Positions 24,339-32,655 of a DNA stretch of 64,000 bases are shown here, piece by piece. The notes under the pieces are model-generated. The model was not told where the DNA came from and did not search any database. It saw only the letters and a program-made list of their open reading frames with translations. Origin of the DNA: Thermoplasmata archaeon (GTDB lineage: Archaea > Thermoplasmatota > Thermoplasmata > Lutacidiplasmatales > UBA184); NCBI GenBank assembly GCA_038729445.1, contig JAVYSA010000002.1, forward strand, positions 1,064-65,063. Reading direction: 5' to 3'. The position numbers and the translations under genes were made by a program. Numbering within the stretch: position 1 is the first letter of the stretch; each line of letters begins with the position of its first letter.

Positions 24339-24989
24339 GTGCGCACCGGCCTCGTCATCGTGGGAATGGCCATCGCCTTGGTCGGGGCGGCGATCTTCCT
24401 GACGATCGTCCTTGCTCCGCCCACGGCCGTCCACACGACGACCACCTTCCAGACGCAGGAGCCGTGGGCGGACGGGAACAACTCGACCACGGGCGATCCG
24501 GCGTTCTTCCCGGGCTCGGGCACGGGCTCCCTCAAGCTGGTCTGGGCGACCTTCGGCGGGGCGGTGATCAACGCGTCGTTCTACGACGTGAAGGATTGCC
24601 CGCTCTACATCAACGGGAGCTGTCGGGGCCCCCCGACCTACACGTGGACCGGACTGCCGGGCGGCCTCTTCGTGAGCAACACGAGCCTCGCATGCCCGTG
24701 CTACCTCATCCTGACCAACCCGACGCCGCACCGGGTCACCGTGCTGGCCGTGCTGCTCGAGACCTATCAGGCCCCGAGCCCCGCGCTCGGGACGCTCGCG
24801 TACATCGCGGTGATCTCCGGGTCGCTCATCCTCCTCTCGATCGGGGCACTCTCGACGTTCTTCGGGCTGTTCCTCCGCAGCTCGATCTACGACCCGCATG
24901 CGAGGACGGGCATCCCCGAGATCGACGAGATCGAGGACGAGCCCGACGGGCCCCCTTCCGGCGGCGGTCCCCGCTGGCCTCCGACCTGA
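24339..24989 (+). CDS. Hypothetical two-TM membrane protein with a Cys-containing, sequon-rich extracellular domain and an acidic tail
   Basis: (V)RTGLVIVGMAIALVGAAIFLTIVLA ... NNST..INAS..DCPLYINGSCRGPPTYTW...VSNTSLACPCYLILTNP ... TLAYIAVISGSLILLSIGALSTFFGLFL ... EIDEIEDEPDG. Start chosen at GTG 24339, 22 nt downstream of TATTTG (24311-24316). Alternative start is ATG 24366. Confidence 0.55.
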   Translation: MRTGLVIVGMAIALVGAAIFLTIVLAPPTAVHTTTTFQTQEPWADGNNSTTGDPAFFPGSGTGSLKLVWATFGGAVINASFYDVKDCPLYINGSCRGPPTYTWTGLPGGLFVSNTSLACPCYLILTNPTPHRVTVLAVLLETYQAPSPALGTLAYIAVISGSLILLSIGALSTFFGLFLRSSIYDPHARTGIPEIDEIEDEPDGPPSGGGPRWPPT

Positions 24990-24999
24990 GCGGCCCCGT

Positions 25000-26772
25000 T
25001 CAGACGCCCCAGAACGGGCCCTCGGCCCGATGGAGGGCCACGATCTCCTCCAGGATTTCCCTTTCCGAGGGGTCCAGCTCGGCGGTCCGGAGCGACCGGA
25101 CGACGCCTTCGGGGAGCGCGACAAGCAGCCGATCTCCCTCCCGGAGGTTCCTCCCGACGACAGCCCCTTCGATCGAGGCGGCAAGTTCCGTGCCGGCAGG
25201 CGCCTCGGAGACCGGGGTCCCTTCCCGCTGGAGGCTTCGCAGGACGCCCACCTCCTCCCCGTCGGACGCGCGGATCAGCCGGACTCCGGGCCGCAGCGTG
25301 CCCCCCGTCACGCGGATGCCGACGATCGCCGGCTTGGAGGCGCGGAAGACGTACCCCGGCAGCACCTCGAACTTCGCGGGATGGACCAGCTCGAGGCGGC
25401 GGCGGAGGTCCAGCTCCCTCTTTCGTTTCTCCCGCCACGCGATGTACTCCTCGACCACGCGGTAGATGACGTCGCTGCGGAAGAGCTGCACCCCCTCCGG
25501 CGACGCCGTGGAAGGGAGGGCATCCGGCAGCACCGGGACATTGAAGGCAAGGATCGCCCGGTGGAGGGGATCGCGGACCGCCTCGGTCCGGATGACGGTC
25601 GGCCGGGCGACGGCCCCGACGCCGGCCTCGTGGATCGGGATCCCGGCCTGCCGGCACTCGAAGGCGAGCGCCTCGAGTCCCCCCAGGGTGTCGGCAAAGA
25701 TCGCGACGCCGCTCTCGGCGATCTCGGCGACCGGGTGGGACTCCCGGGTCAGCTCCTGGCGGACCGCCTCGGCATCGGATGGGCTTCCGACGACCTTGAA
25801 GATCCCTCCCGGCATCGCCTCCTCCATGCCGGGGGCGGCGAGGTAGACGCCCACCGCGGCATGGACCCGCTCCAAGGACTCGATCCGGGCGTGCCGGGTC
25901 GCCTTTGCCGATCGGGGCGGGGCGGGCCGGTAGATGCCCCGGACCCGGGTGGCGAACGGGGCCTCCCGTCCGGTCACGAGGATCTCGTCGCCGACCCGGA
26001 GGAGCCCCCGATAGACGATCACGGAACTGACGGGGCCGATCCCCTTCTGTTCCGACCGCTCGAGGATCGTCCCCTCGCCGTTCCCGTCGACCTGGCGCAG
26101 ATCCTCCCGCAGGAACCGCTGGGAGAGGCCGACCAGGAGCGCGAGGAGCTCCGGGACCCCCACCCCCGCACGGGCGGAGACCGGGACGATCCCGACGTTC
26201 CGCGTGAAGTCGCTGACCCGGTCAAACCGGTCGGCCGAGAAATCGAGCGCCGCCAGGCCCTCCGCCGCGCCGTAGACCCGCTCGTCCAGGGCCCGGAGGA
26301 ACTCCGTCGGCGGCGTGGCACGGAGCAGGGTGCTCAGCGGGGCTGCCCCGGTGGGCTTGCGCCAGCCGGGGATCGCGTCGATCTTCGTCAGGGCGACGGC
26401 GAAGGGGGTCCGTTCCTTGCGGAGGATCTGGAGCGACTCGCGGGTCTGGGGCATGATCCCCTCGCGCGCATCGACGACGACGACGGCGATGTCGGCCAGC
26501 GCGCCCCCGCGCCGACGCATCGTCTCGAACGAGCGGTGCCCGGGCGTGTCGATGAAGAGGAGCCCGGGAACCTGGAGCTGCCCCTCCGAGAGGAGGCCGG
26601 CGCAGACGGCCCGGATCGTCGCGCCGGGGACCTCGATCGCCCCGATGTGCTGGGTGATCCCTCCCGACTCCTTCGAGGCGCGGACGGTGCCGGCGATCCG
26701 GTCGAGCAGCGTCGTCTTGCCGTGGTCGACGTGCCCCAAAAGGCTGATGATCGGCTCCCGAAGCTCGGGCAC
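25000..26772 (-). CDS. infB: Translation initiation factor aIF5B (IF-2 family GTPase)
   Basis: MPELREPIISLLGHVDHGKTTLLDRI...GGITQHIGA...FIDTPGH...LTKIDA. 590 aa, full-length archaeal architecture. Confidence 0.9.
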   Translation of the reverse strand: MPELREPIISLLGHVDHGKTTLLDRIAGTVRASKESGGITQHIGAIEVPGATIRAVCAGLLSEGQLQVPGLLFIDTPGHRSFETMRRRGGALADIAVVVVDAREGIMPQTRESLQILRKERTPFAVALTKIDAIPGWRKPTGAAPLSTLLRATPPTEFLRALDERVYGAAEGLAALDFSADRFDRVSDFTRNVGIVPVSARAGVGVPELLALLVGLSQRFLREDLRQVDGNGEGTILERSEQKGIGPVSSVIVYRGLLRVGDEILVTGREAPFATRVRGIYRPAPPRSAKATRHARIESLERVHAAVGVYLAAPGMEEAMPGGIFKVVGSPSDAEAVRQELTRESHPVAEIAESGVAIFADTLGGLEALAFECRQAGIPIHEAGVGAVARPTVIRTEAVRDPLHRAILAFNVPVLPDALPSTASPEGVQLFRSDVIYRVVEEYIAWREKRKRELDLRRRLELVHPAKFEVLPGYVFRASKPAIVGIRVTGGTLRPGVRLIRASDGEEVGVLRSLQREGTPVSEAPAGTELAASIEGAVVGRNLREGDRLLVALPEGVVRSLRTAELDPSEREILEEIVALHRAEGPFWGV

Positions 26773-26794
26773 GTCCGCACAGCCGGACTCGCCC

Positions 26795-28066
26795 CTATAC
26801 GCTTGTCGCGCCGTCCGCGAAGGCGGAGAGGGGGCCGCCGATCAGGGGCACGAGCAGTTCCGCGCTGTCGAGCCCGCCGTGGGCGCCCCGGAGAGAACGG
26901 GAGGAGCGGGGGAATCCGGGCAGTGCGTGGGACATTCCCGCGCCGGGCGGAAGGAGCGCGAGGTGGGTGCCGAGCCGCTCCACGACCTCGTCGTGCCATG
27001 GGGGAGGACCGAAGAGCCCGGCGGAAAGGGCGTCGGCGACCTCGAGCAGTCGGCTCCCCTGCGGCAGGATGGTCTCCAGCGATCGGACGAGTTCCCCGTC
27101 GGTCCCCCGGCGGGCCGCGAAGAGCGGTCCCCTCCGGTCGCCCCCGATCGGACGGGAGAGGCAGCGCAGGAGATCCGGATGCTCCTCCGCACGGACCTCC
27201 CGGGCCGGGTCCAGCGGCACCATGCCGTGGTCGCCGGTCACGATCAACCGGACCCGCCGGGCGGCCTCCCCGACGCGGCGGGCCACACGGGCGATGGTCC
27301 GTGCGACCCGGTCGAGCTCGGCCCGGACCGTCTCCGGGTCGGGGCCCTCAAGATGGGCCACGGTGTCGAGTTCATCCCAGTACGCGTAGAGAAGGGGAGG
27401 CGGCCGCGCGGCCCGGAGGAGATCGACGAGGCGCTCCGCGAGGGAGCCAAGGGTCGAGTAGCCGACGAACCGGGCCCCGTCGTAGAGCATCCGGGAGAAG
27501 CCGCTTCCCCGGAACGTCTCCCGACTGACGACCACGCCGCCGGGGATCCGGCGGAAGATGGGGGTGGCTCCCGTGATGATCCGCGGATCCCAGGCGGGCC
27601 CGACAAGGCTCTCGGGATCGCCCACTCCGTAGGGCATGCTCTTGAGGAGATCGGCCAGGACCCCGAACGCCGGCAAGTGCAGCCGGTACCCCGCCACACC
27701 GCTCTGGGCCGGCGCGGTGCCGAACGAGAGGCTCGCCAGGGCCGGTGCGGTGCTGGTGGGATACACCGTCGTGATCGGGCTCGCCCGTTCGGACCAACGG
27801 GCCAAGGGCCCGCCCGGTTCCTCGTCGGCCGCGGCCCGGAGGGCCTCCCATCCCAGCCCATCGACCAGCAGCACCACGACCGGGCCCTCCGCCGCCCGAC
27901 CCTCGAAGGGGTCCAAGGACGGGTCCAGCGGGGGGAGCATGTTCTCCGCGTCCCCCTCCAGTGCCCGGACGACGGACGAAGGGATGTTCGCGAGGCACCG
28001 GCCGCGGTACGCGGGCATCGGGAGGGACCGTGGTCCTCGGGGTTCGACCAGCCGGCCCGCCTCCAT
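26795..28066 (-). CDS. Alkaline-phosphatase-superfamily protein (type I phosphodiesterase/nucleotide pyrophosphatase-like)
   Basis: VVVLLVDGLGWEAL...TTVYPSTSAPALASL...YWDELDTVAHLEG...LIVTGDHGMV...RGAHGGLDSAELLVPL. Start is ATG 28066 or ATG 28018 (the track ORF extends to 28288). Confidence 0.7.
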   Translation of the reverse strand: MEAGRLVEPRGPRSLPMPAYRGRCLANIPSSVVRALEGDAENMLPPLDPSLDPFEGRAAEGPVVVLLVDGLGWEALRAAADEEPGGPLARWSERASPITTVYPTSTAPALASLSFGTAPAQSGVAGYRLHLPAFGVLADLLKSMPYGVGDPESLVGPAWDPRIITGATPIFRRIPGGVVVSRETFRGSGFSRMLYDGARFVGYSTLGSLAERLVDLLRAARPPPLLYAYWDELDTVAHLEGPDPETVRAELDRVARTIARVARRVGEAARRVRLIVTGDHGMVPLDPAREVRAEEHPDLLRCLSRPIGGDRRGPLFAARRGTDGELVRSLETILPQGSRLLEVADALSAGLFGPPPWHDEVVERLGTHLALLPPGAGMSHALPGFPRSSRSLRGAHGGLDSAELLVPLIGGPLSAFADGATSV

Positions 28067-28115
28067 TGCGGCGGGAACGGGGGGGGTCGGCACAGACCCC
28101 GCTAGCCGGGACCGC

Positions 28116-29273
28116 TCAAAAGCCCGGGGGCGGAGCCCCGTCGCCGGCGGTGCCGGCGGACCCCTCGGACGGATCGTCGAGGGCCGGTTGGCGCGACGCC
28201 GCTCGGCGAAGCGTCGAGACCCGCACGGTGACGGTCCGCACGCGCCGTGTCGGCCCGGCCACCCTGCCTCCCCACATCTCGCGGGCAAGGGTCTGTGCCG
28301 TCGTCGCGAGCGCCTCGCCGCGGTCCGTGGCTCCCGGCAGCCTCCGCATGCGCTGGACCCGGCGCCAATCCGACCACCGGAACGCTACGGAGACCGTCGC
28401 GAAGGAGAGTCCCTCCGCCGCGACCGACGCGGCGAGCCGTGCGCTGAGTTCCATGACCGCGGCCCGCACCATCTCCCACTCCCCGAGGTCCTGGTCGAAG
28501 GTGCGGTCCGCCGAACGGGAGAGCGGGGCATCGGACTCGCGGAGAGGGGGGATTCCAGGCACGTGGCCGCGCACAAGGTCGGCGACGGCGAGCCCCCATT
28601 CCCCGAGGATCCGGCGGATCCATGGGCTCGACCGACGGCCCAGGTCCGCAAGGGTCTCGATCCCCTCCCCGCGCAGGCGGGCCGCCGTCTTCGGTCCGAT
28701 GCCGGGCACCGCGTCCACCGCCAGGGGTCCGAGGTATTCGGCCAGCGACTCGGGAGGGACCACGAAGACGCCGCCCGGCTTCGCGCGGTCCGTCGCCATC
28801 TTGGCGACGAGAGGATGCGGGGCGCCTCCCCAGCTGGAGGGGAGCCCCAAATCGGACCTCAGGGCCCCTTGGGCCGCCTTTGCGATTCGCACGAGCTCGA
28901 CCGCGCTGTCGGCCCCGACCGGGATGAGGGCCTCGTCGATGCTCCGCGGTTCGACCGGTCCAAATCGTGCTCTCAGCCATGCGAGGACTTGGGAGGAGCG
29001 GCGCTCGTACTTCGCGAAGTCGGGAGGGATCCAGACGGCCTCCGGACAGAGCGCCAGGGCCTGCCGTGCCGGGAGGGCGCTACGGATCCCGAATCGACGT
29101 GCCTCATAGCTGGCGCTCAGGATGACCGACCGCGCGGGCCCCCGGCCCGGCCGGTGGCCGACGACGACCGGAAGACCCCTTAGCTCGGGGCGGTCGAGGA
29201 TCTCGCAGTTGACATAGAACGCATCCATGTCCACCCAGAAGAACCATCTCGCCACGTCCGTGGCGCATCCCAT
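28116..29273 (-). CDS. dinB: DNA polymerase IV (Y-family, Dpo4/DinB)
   Basis: FFWVDMDAFYVNCEILDRPELRGLPVVVG...SIDEALI...VAKMATDRAKPGG...VDAVPGIGPKTAARL. Start set at ATG 29273 (the track ORF extends to 30080). Confidence 0.85.
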   Translation of the reverse strand: MGCATDVARWFFWVDMDAFYVNCEILDRPELRGLPVVVGHRPGRGPARSVILSASYEARRFGIRSALPARQALALCPEAVWIPPDFAKYERRSSQVLAWLRARFGPVEPRSIDEALIPVGADSAVELVRIAKAAQGALRSDLGLPSSWGGAPHPLVAKMATDRAKPGGVFVVPPESLAEYLGPLAVDAVPGIGPKTAARLRGEGIETLADLGRRSSPWIRRILGEWGLAVADLVRGHVPGIPPLRESDAPLSRSADRTFDQDLGEWEMVRAAVMELSARLAASVAAEGLSFATVSVAFRWSDWRRVQRMRRLPGATDRGEALATTAQTLAREMWGGRVAGPTRRVRTVTVRVSTLRRAASRQPALDDPSEGSAGTAGDGAPPPGF

Positions 29274-29367
29274 GGGGATGCTTCCGCTCTGCGGCCTGCG
29301 TCGGACCCCGGGTCGGATTCCCGTGCGGCAGGGCCCCTCTCCCGGCACCGGGCCTCCCCTCCCTTCT

Positions 29368-29395
29368 CCGGAGGGTCGCTCGCGCGACCCTCCGG
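29368..29395. repeat. Perfect 12-bp inverted repeat (hairpin) with a 4-nt loop in the kaiC-like/dinB spacer
   Basis: ccggagggtcgc-tcgc-gcgaccctccgg, read directly from the sequence. Confidence 0.8.
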
Positions 29396-29590
29396 GACGC
29401 CCGCTCGACATTTCTCCGGGCGCCGGGAGGAAGGGGGCCCACGACGGGTCCGGGCCCCGGCCGCGGTGGCAGAGATCCCCCCGCAGGGAACCGGAGGCCG
29501 GCCGGGGGTCCCTCTGGTTCCCACCGGCGGGGGACGATGGCCAAGGCACGCTCCCATGCATTCGACCGGCACCGGGAGGGTCTGCCGGCC

Positions 29591-30334
29591 CTAGACGAAC
29601 CGGCCGAAGTCGACAGCATTCGCATCGACCTCGATGCCGTGGCGGCCGAAGGTGTACGGCTGGGCCGAGCGGACATGATCGGTCCGGCGCATCTTGAGGA
29701 TGCGGACCGACAGGCCCACGCGCCGTCCCTCGGCGGTCTGCGAGTAGCCCAGGACGAGGACCCCGTCGGCGACGTACTCGGCCAACCCGTCCCGGGTGAC
29801 CTCCGGATGGATCGGATCCGCCTCGGCGATGAGGAGGGTGGTCGCCCCCACATCGCGGCAGGCCCCGGCGAGCGCAAAGAGCGTCTCCCGACGGGTCGCC
29901 TCGCCGTCGCAGAGCATCTCGAGGAGCGAGACCGAGTCGACGACGATGCGGCGGGGGCCGATCCGGCGCAGATCGGATCCCAGCGACCCCTGGATGCGGC
30001 GCAGGCTCTGGTGAGTCTCCCTTGGGTCGAGCCGATGGATCTGGAGCGTCCCGCGGGCGACCGCGTCGTCGAGCGGCCATCCGAACTGTCGGGCCGTTTC
30101 GAGGAGCATCTCGGCCTCCTCCTCCAGCGAGAGGAAGAGCCCGGGCTCGGCGGCCCGGATCCCCGCGGCGAGGAAGCCGAGCCCGAGACAGGTCTTCCCC
30201 GTGCCGGGGAGCCCGGTGACCAGGACGACGGATCCCTGCGGAACCCCTCCCCGGAGCATCGCGTCGAGGCCGGCCACCCCGAGAGGGACCCGGGGCCGGC
30301 CGCCGGCCGGCACCGGCGGCTCAGAGCCGCTCAT
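29591..30334 (-). CDS. KaiC-like / RecA-superfamily ATPase, single domain with intact Walker motifs (247 aa)
   Basis: GLDAMLRGGVPQGSVVLVTGLPGTGKTCLGLGF (Walker A); RRIVVDSVSLL (Walker B); ATTLLIAE...VLVLGY...LKMRRTDH. Confidence 0.8.
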   Translation of the reverse strand: MSGSEPPVPAGGRPRVPLGVAGLDAMLRGGVPQGSVVLVTGLPGTGKTCLGLGFLAAGIRAAEPGLFLSLEEEAEMLLETARQFGWPLDDAVARGTLQIHRLDPRETHQSLRRIQGSLGSDLRRIGPRRIVVDSVSLLEMLCDGEATRRETLFALAGACRDVGATTLLIAEADPIHPEVTRDGLAEYVADGVLVLGYSQTAEGRRVGLSVRILKMRRTDHVRSAQPYTFGRHGIEVDANAVDFGRFV

Positions 30335-31217
30335 GCTGCGTCGTCACCAGCCCGGTCCGCGCCTGGACACGGACCACGAAGCGGCCCTGGTTCTCCTCCG
30401 CGACATGGGCCAGGACCGGCAGGAACCGCTCGATCGCCATCGTCCGCTCCCGATGGGTGCGCCCCAGGGCGGTCGACCAGCCGAAGGAGAGGATCCCGTC
30501 GACCGAGTCGCCAATCGCCTGCTCGAGCGGCGGGGTCGCAATCCCCCGCGGGAGCAGGAGGTAGACGAGCCCGTCCCACACCTTCGCCCGCCGACGCAGG
30601 CCCTTGAGGAAGGTGAGCAGCTCGCCCAGGTCGATGCCGGGCCGCGTGACGAGGTCGCCCAAGGAGTCGAGGATGACGACCTTGCCGGCCGCGTCGTCGT
30701 CGAGGGCACCGGCCACCGCGCCCAGGGGATCGTCCGGACCGCGATGGGACCCGAGCGCCGATCGGACGCGACCGTCCAACGGGCCGGGAACCTCGCTCCA
30801 CGACTCCGGCACGGGGGTCGACCGGAAGTAGGCCGCCGAGAGGTCCCGGAACGAGAGGTGGCGCTCGACGGCCTCCGGATAGGGCGTGTCGAACGCGGCT
30901 CGGATCTCCGTGAGGACCTGGTCCCGGGTCCGGGTGAGGCTGATGTAGAGTACCCCGGTCGGGAGAACGATCGGGCCGGGGGCTCGGCCCGCGCGAAGCG
31001 GGTGATCCTCCGGTGCCTCTGCATGCCGCATCAGGCCGACCGCGCTGGTCAGCGCGAACTCGACGTGCCCGGCCCCGGGCTCCCCGAGCAACAGGACCAC
31101 GGACCCGGCGGGGAATCCTCCGGTGAAGTAGTCGAAGTCGGGGACGGCGCAGGGGATGCGACGGACTCCGCCGGGGGATGGAGGGGAGGGCAGGGGAGGA
31201 CGGTCCAGGCCGAGCAT
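30321..31217 (-). CDS. KaiC-like / RecA-superfamily paralog with a degenerate Walker A (298 aa)
   Basis: DFDYFTGGFPAGSVVLLLGEPGAGHVEFAL: the P-loop Lys and Ser/Thr are replaced by His and Val. A Walker-B-like KVVILDSLGDL is retained. The stop overlaps the downstream paralog's start by 14 nt. Confidence 0.7.
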   Translation of the reverse strand: MLGLDRPPLPSPPSPGGVRRIPCAVPDFDYFTGGFPAGSVVLLLGEPGAGHVEFALTSAVGLMRHAEAPEDHPLRAGRAPGPIVLPTGVLYISLTRTRDQVLTEIRAAFDTPYPEAVERHLSFRDLSAAYFRSTPVPESWSEVPGPLDGRVRSALGSHRGPDDPLGAVAGALDDDAAGKVVILDSLGDLVTRPGIDLGELLTFLKGLRRRAKVWDGLVYLLLPRGIATPPLEQAIGDSVDGILSFGWSTALGRTHRERTMAIERFLPVLAHVAEENQGRFVVRVQARTGLVTTQHERL

Positions 31218-31247
31218 CGCCGCGACGCGCGTCCGAGTGGAGGCGCC

Positions 31248-31256
31248 GTATTAGAA
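31248..31256 (-). promoter_or_regulatory. Weak TATA-like element (TTCTAATAC on the minus strand) 30 nt upstream of the first kaiC-like ATG
   Basis: The only AT-rich patch in the 78-bp truD/kaiC-like spacer. Confidence 0.3.
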
Positions 31257-31295
31257 CGCTCGCGTCCATCGGACGCCGGGGGGTGGGGCGCAGGG

Positions 31296-32627
31296 TCAGG
31301 CCGGTATCGCCCCTTCCTTCTGGAATTCCCGGAGGACGATCGTGGCGTACGCCCCCTTCGGGAGGGCGAAGTCGAACCCGACGGCCGTCGGGTCCCCCGC
31401 AGCGCGCCCGAGGACGATCGGAGGAAGGGGGATCCGCACGGGGCGGTCGGCCCCGGCGCTCGCGATCTCGGGGGTCCGGGGGAGCCGGAAGTCCTCGGGC
31501 CGCACGCCGTCCTCGGCCATGATCTCTCCCAGCAGTTCCCCCGGGGCCCCCGCCCCGGGCCGGGTCGCATAGCCGACCAGGGGGCCCGCGACCACCGCGC
31601 GCCCGCGGGCGACCAGGTCGGCGCACTCCGGCAGGTTCTCCGGGTCGACGGGGACCGCGGCGTCGGAGCGGACCGTGCCGTCGCGCTCGAGCCGCAGGAT
31701 CCGGTCGCCCGGGATCGGCCGATCGATCGGGATCCCCCGACGGATCCGTCCCGTGACCCACCGATTGAAGAGCCACGACTGGTAGGCGTGGACGAACAGC
31801 AGGCGCAGCTCGTGCGAGAGCGCGCGGAGCGCGCGCTGGGCGGTGTGGCCGGCGGCGAGGTGCTCGAGCAGGGTCCGCTCGAACCGGTATTCCGGAGGGA
31901 ACTCCTTCCGGGCGCGGACCGGGTCGTGGTGGGAGGCGTAGGCCCGGCGCGCCTCGGCGCCCGGCCCCTCGCTCCCCGCGGCGGTCTCCGCCAGATAGAT
32001 CTCCACCGCGGCGTCGAGATCCCCCCGGACGATCGCCCGGCCCACGTGGTGTGTGATCGGCCGGACTTCCCCGAACCGCTGGGGCCCGAAGTAGTTCGGG
32101 AGGCCGCCGACCCCGCGAAGCTCGCGGAGGATCGCCCGGGATCCCTCCACGGCCCGCCCTGCCTCCCCTTCGTCCCGAAAACGCAGGCGCAGCGAGAAGC
32201 GATTGCCGAAGTGATGCCCGAGGGAGAGCCCGTCACGGGCCCGGTACGCCTCGAGGACCACGGCGCCGGGCAGATCGACCGGTGCGGAGGGCGGGGCGCC
32301 GCGGTAGCTGAACAGCCGCTCGCTGACCGCCCGCCGATCCTTTGTGCCGGCCCAACGGAGCGAGCGGCGCGGGAGCCCGAGCCGCCGCGCCAGCGCCTCC
32401 GCGAGCTCGTGCTGCTCCCAGCCCCGGCTCTCGACCCGGAGGATCGTGAACGGGCCGTCGTCGGCCGGCCAGGGGTACTGGGAGAGCTCCTGCACGACGA
32501 AGTCCTCCGGCGTCTGCTTGAGAAGCCCACCGATGCCGGCCGTGCCGGTCGCGTAGCCGCCGATCCCGATCGCCCGCTCGCGCTCGGGCGGGGCCCAGCG
32601 GCACGGAAGGGAGGGGAGGGCCGGCAT
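31296..32627 (-). CDS. truD: tRNA pseudouridine synthase TruD/Pus7 family
   Basis: LKQTPEDFVVQEL...RWAGTKDRRAVS (catalytic GxKD)...NYFGPQRFG...AFVHAYQSWLFN. Confidence 0.85.
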   Translation of the reverse strand: MPALPSLPCRWAPPERERAIGIGGYATGTAGIGGLLKQTPEDFVVQELSQYPWPADDGPFTILRVESRGWEQHELAEALARRLGLPRRSLRWAGTKDRRAVSERLFSYRGAPPSAPVDLPGAVVLEAYRARDGLSLGHHFGNRFSLRLRFRDEGEAGRAVEGSRAILRELRGVGGLPNYFGPQRFGEVRPITHHVGRAIVRGDLDAAVEIYLAETAAGSEGPGAEARRAYASHHDPVRARKEFPPEYRFERTLLEHLAAGHTAQRALRALSHELRLLFVHAYQSWLFNRWVTGRIRRGIPIDRPIPGDRILRLERDGTVRSDAAVPVDPENLPECADLVARGRAVVAGPLVGYATRPGAGAPGELLGEIMAEDGVRPEDFRLPRTPEIASAGADRPVRIPLPPIVLGRAAGDPTAVGFDFALPKGAYATIVLREFQKEGAIPA

Positions 32628-32655
32628 CGCACCGCCGCCGCAGGGGCCCGGTGGC

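Noticed and set aside
24898-27528. 876-aa ORF on the plus strand
   Set aside because: It is antisense to aIF5B and the alkaline-phosphatase-family gene, both of which have unmistakable motifs. The composition is low-complexity R/G/P/D.
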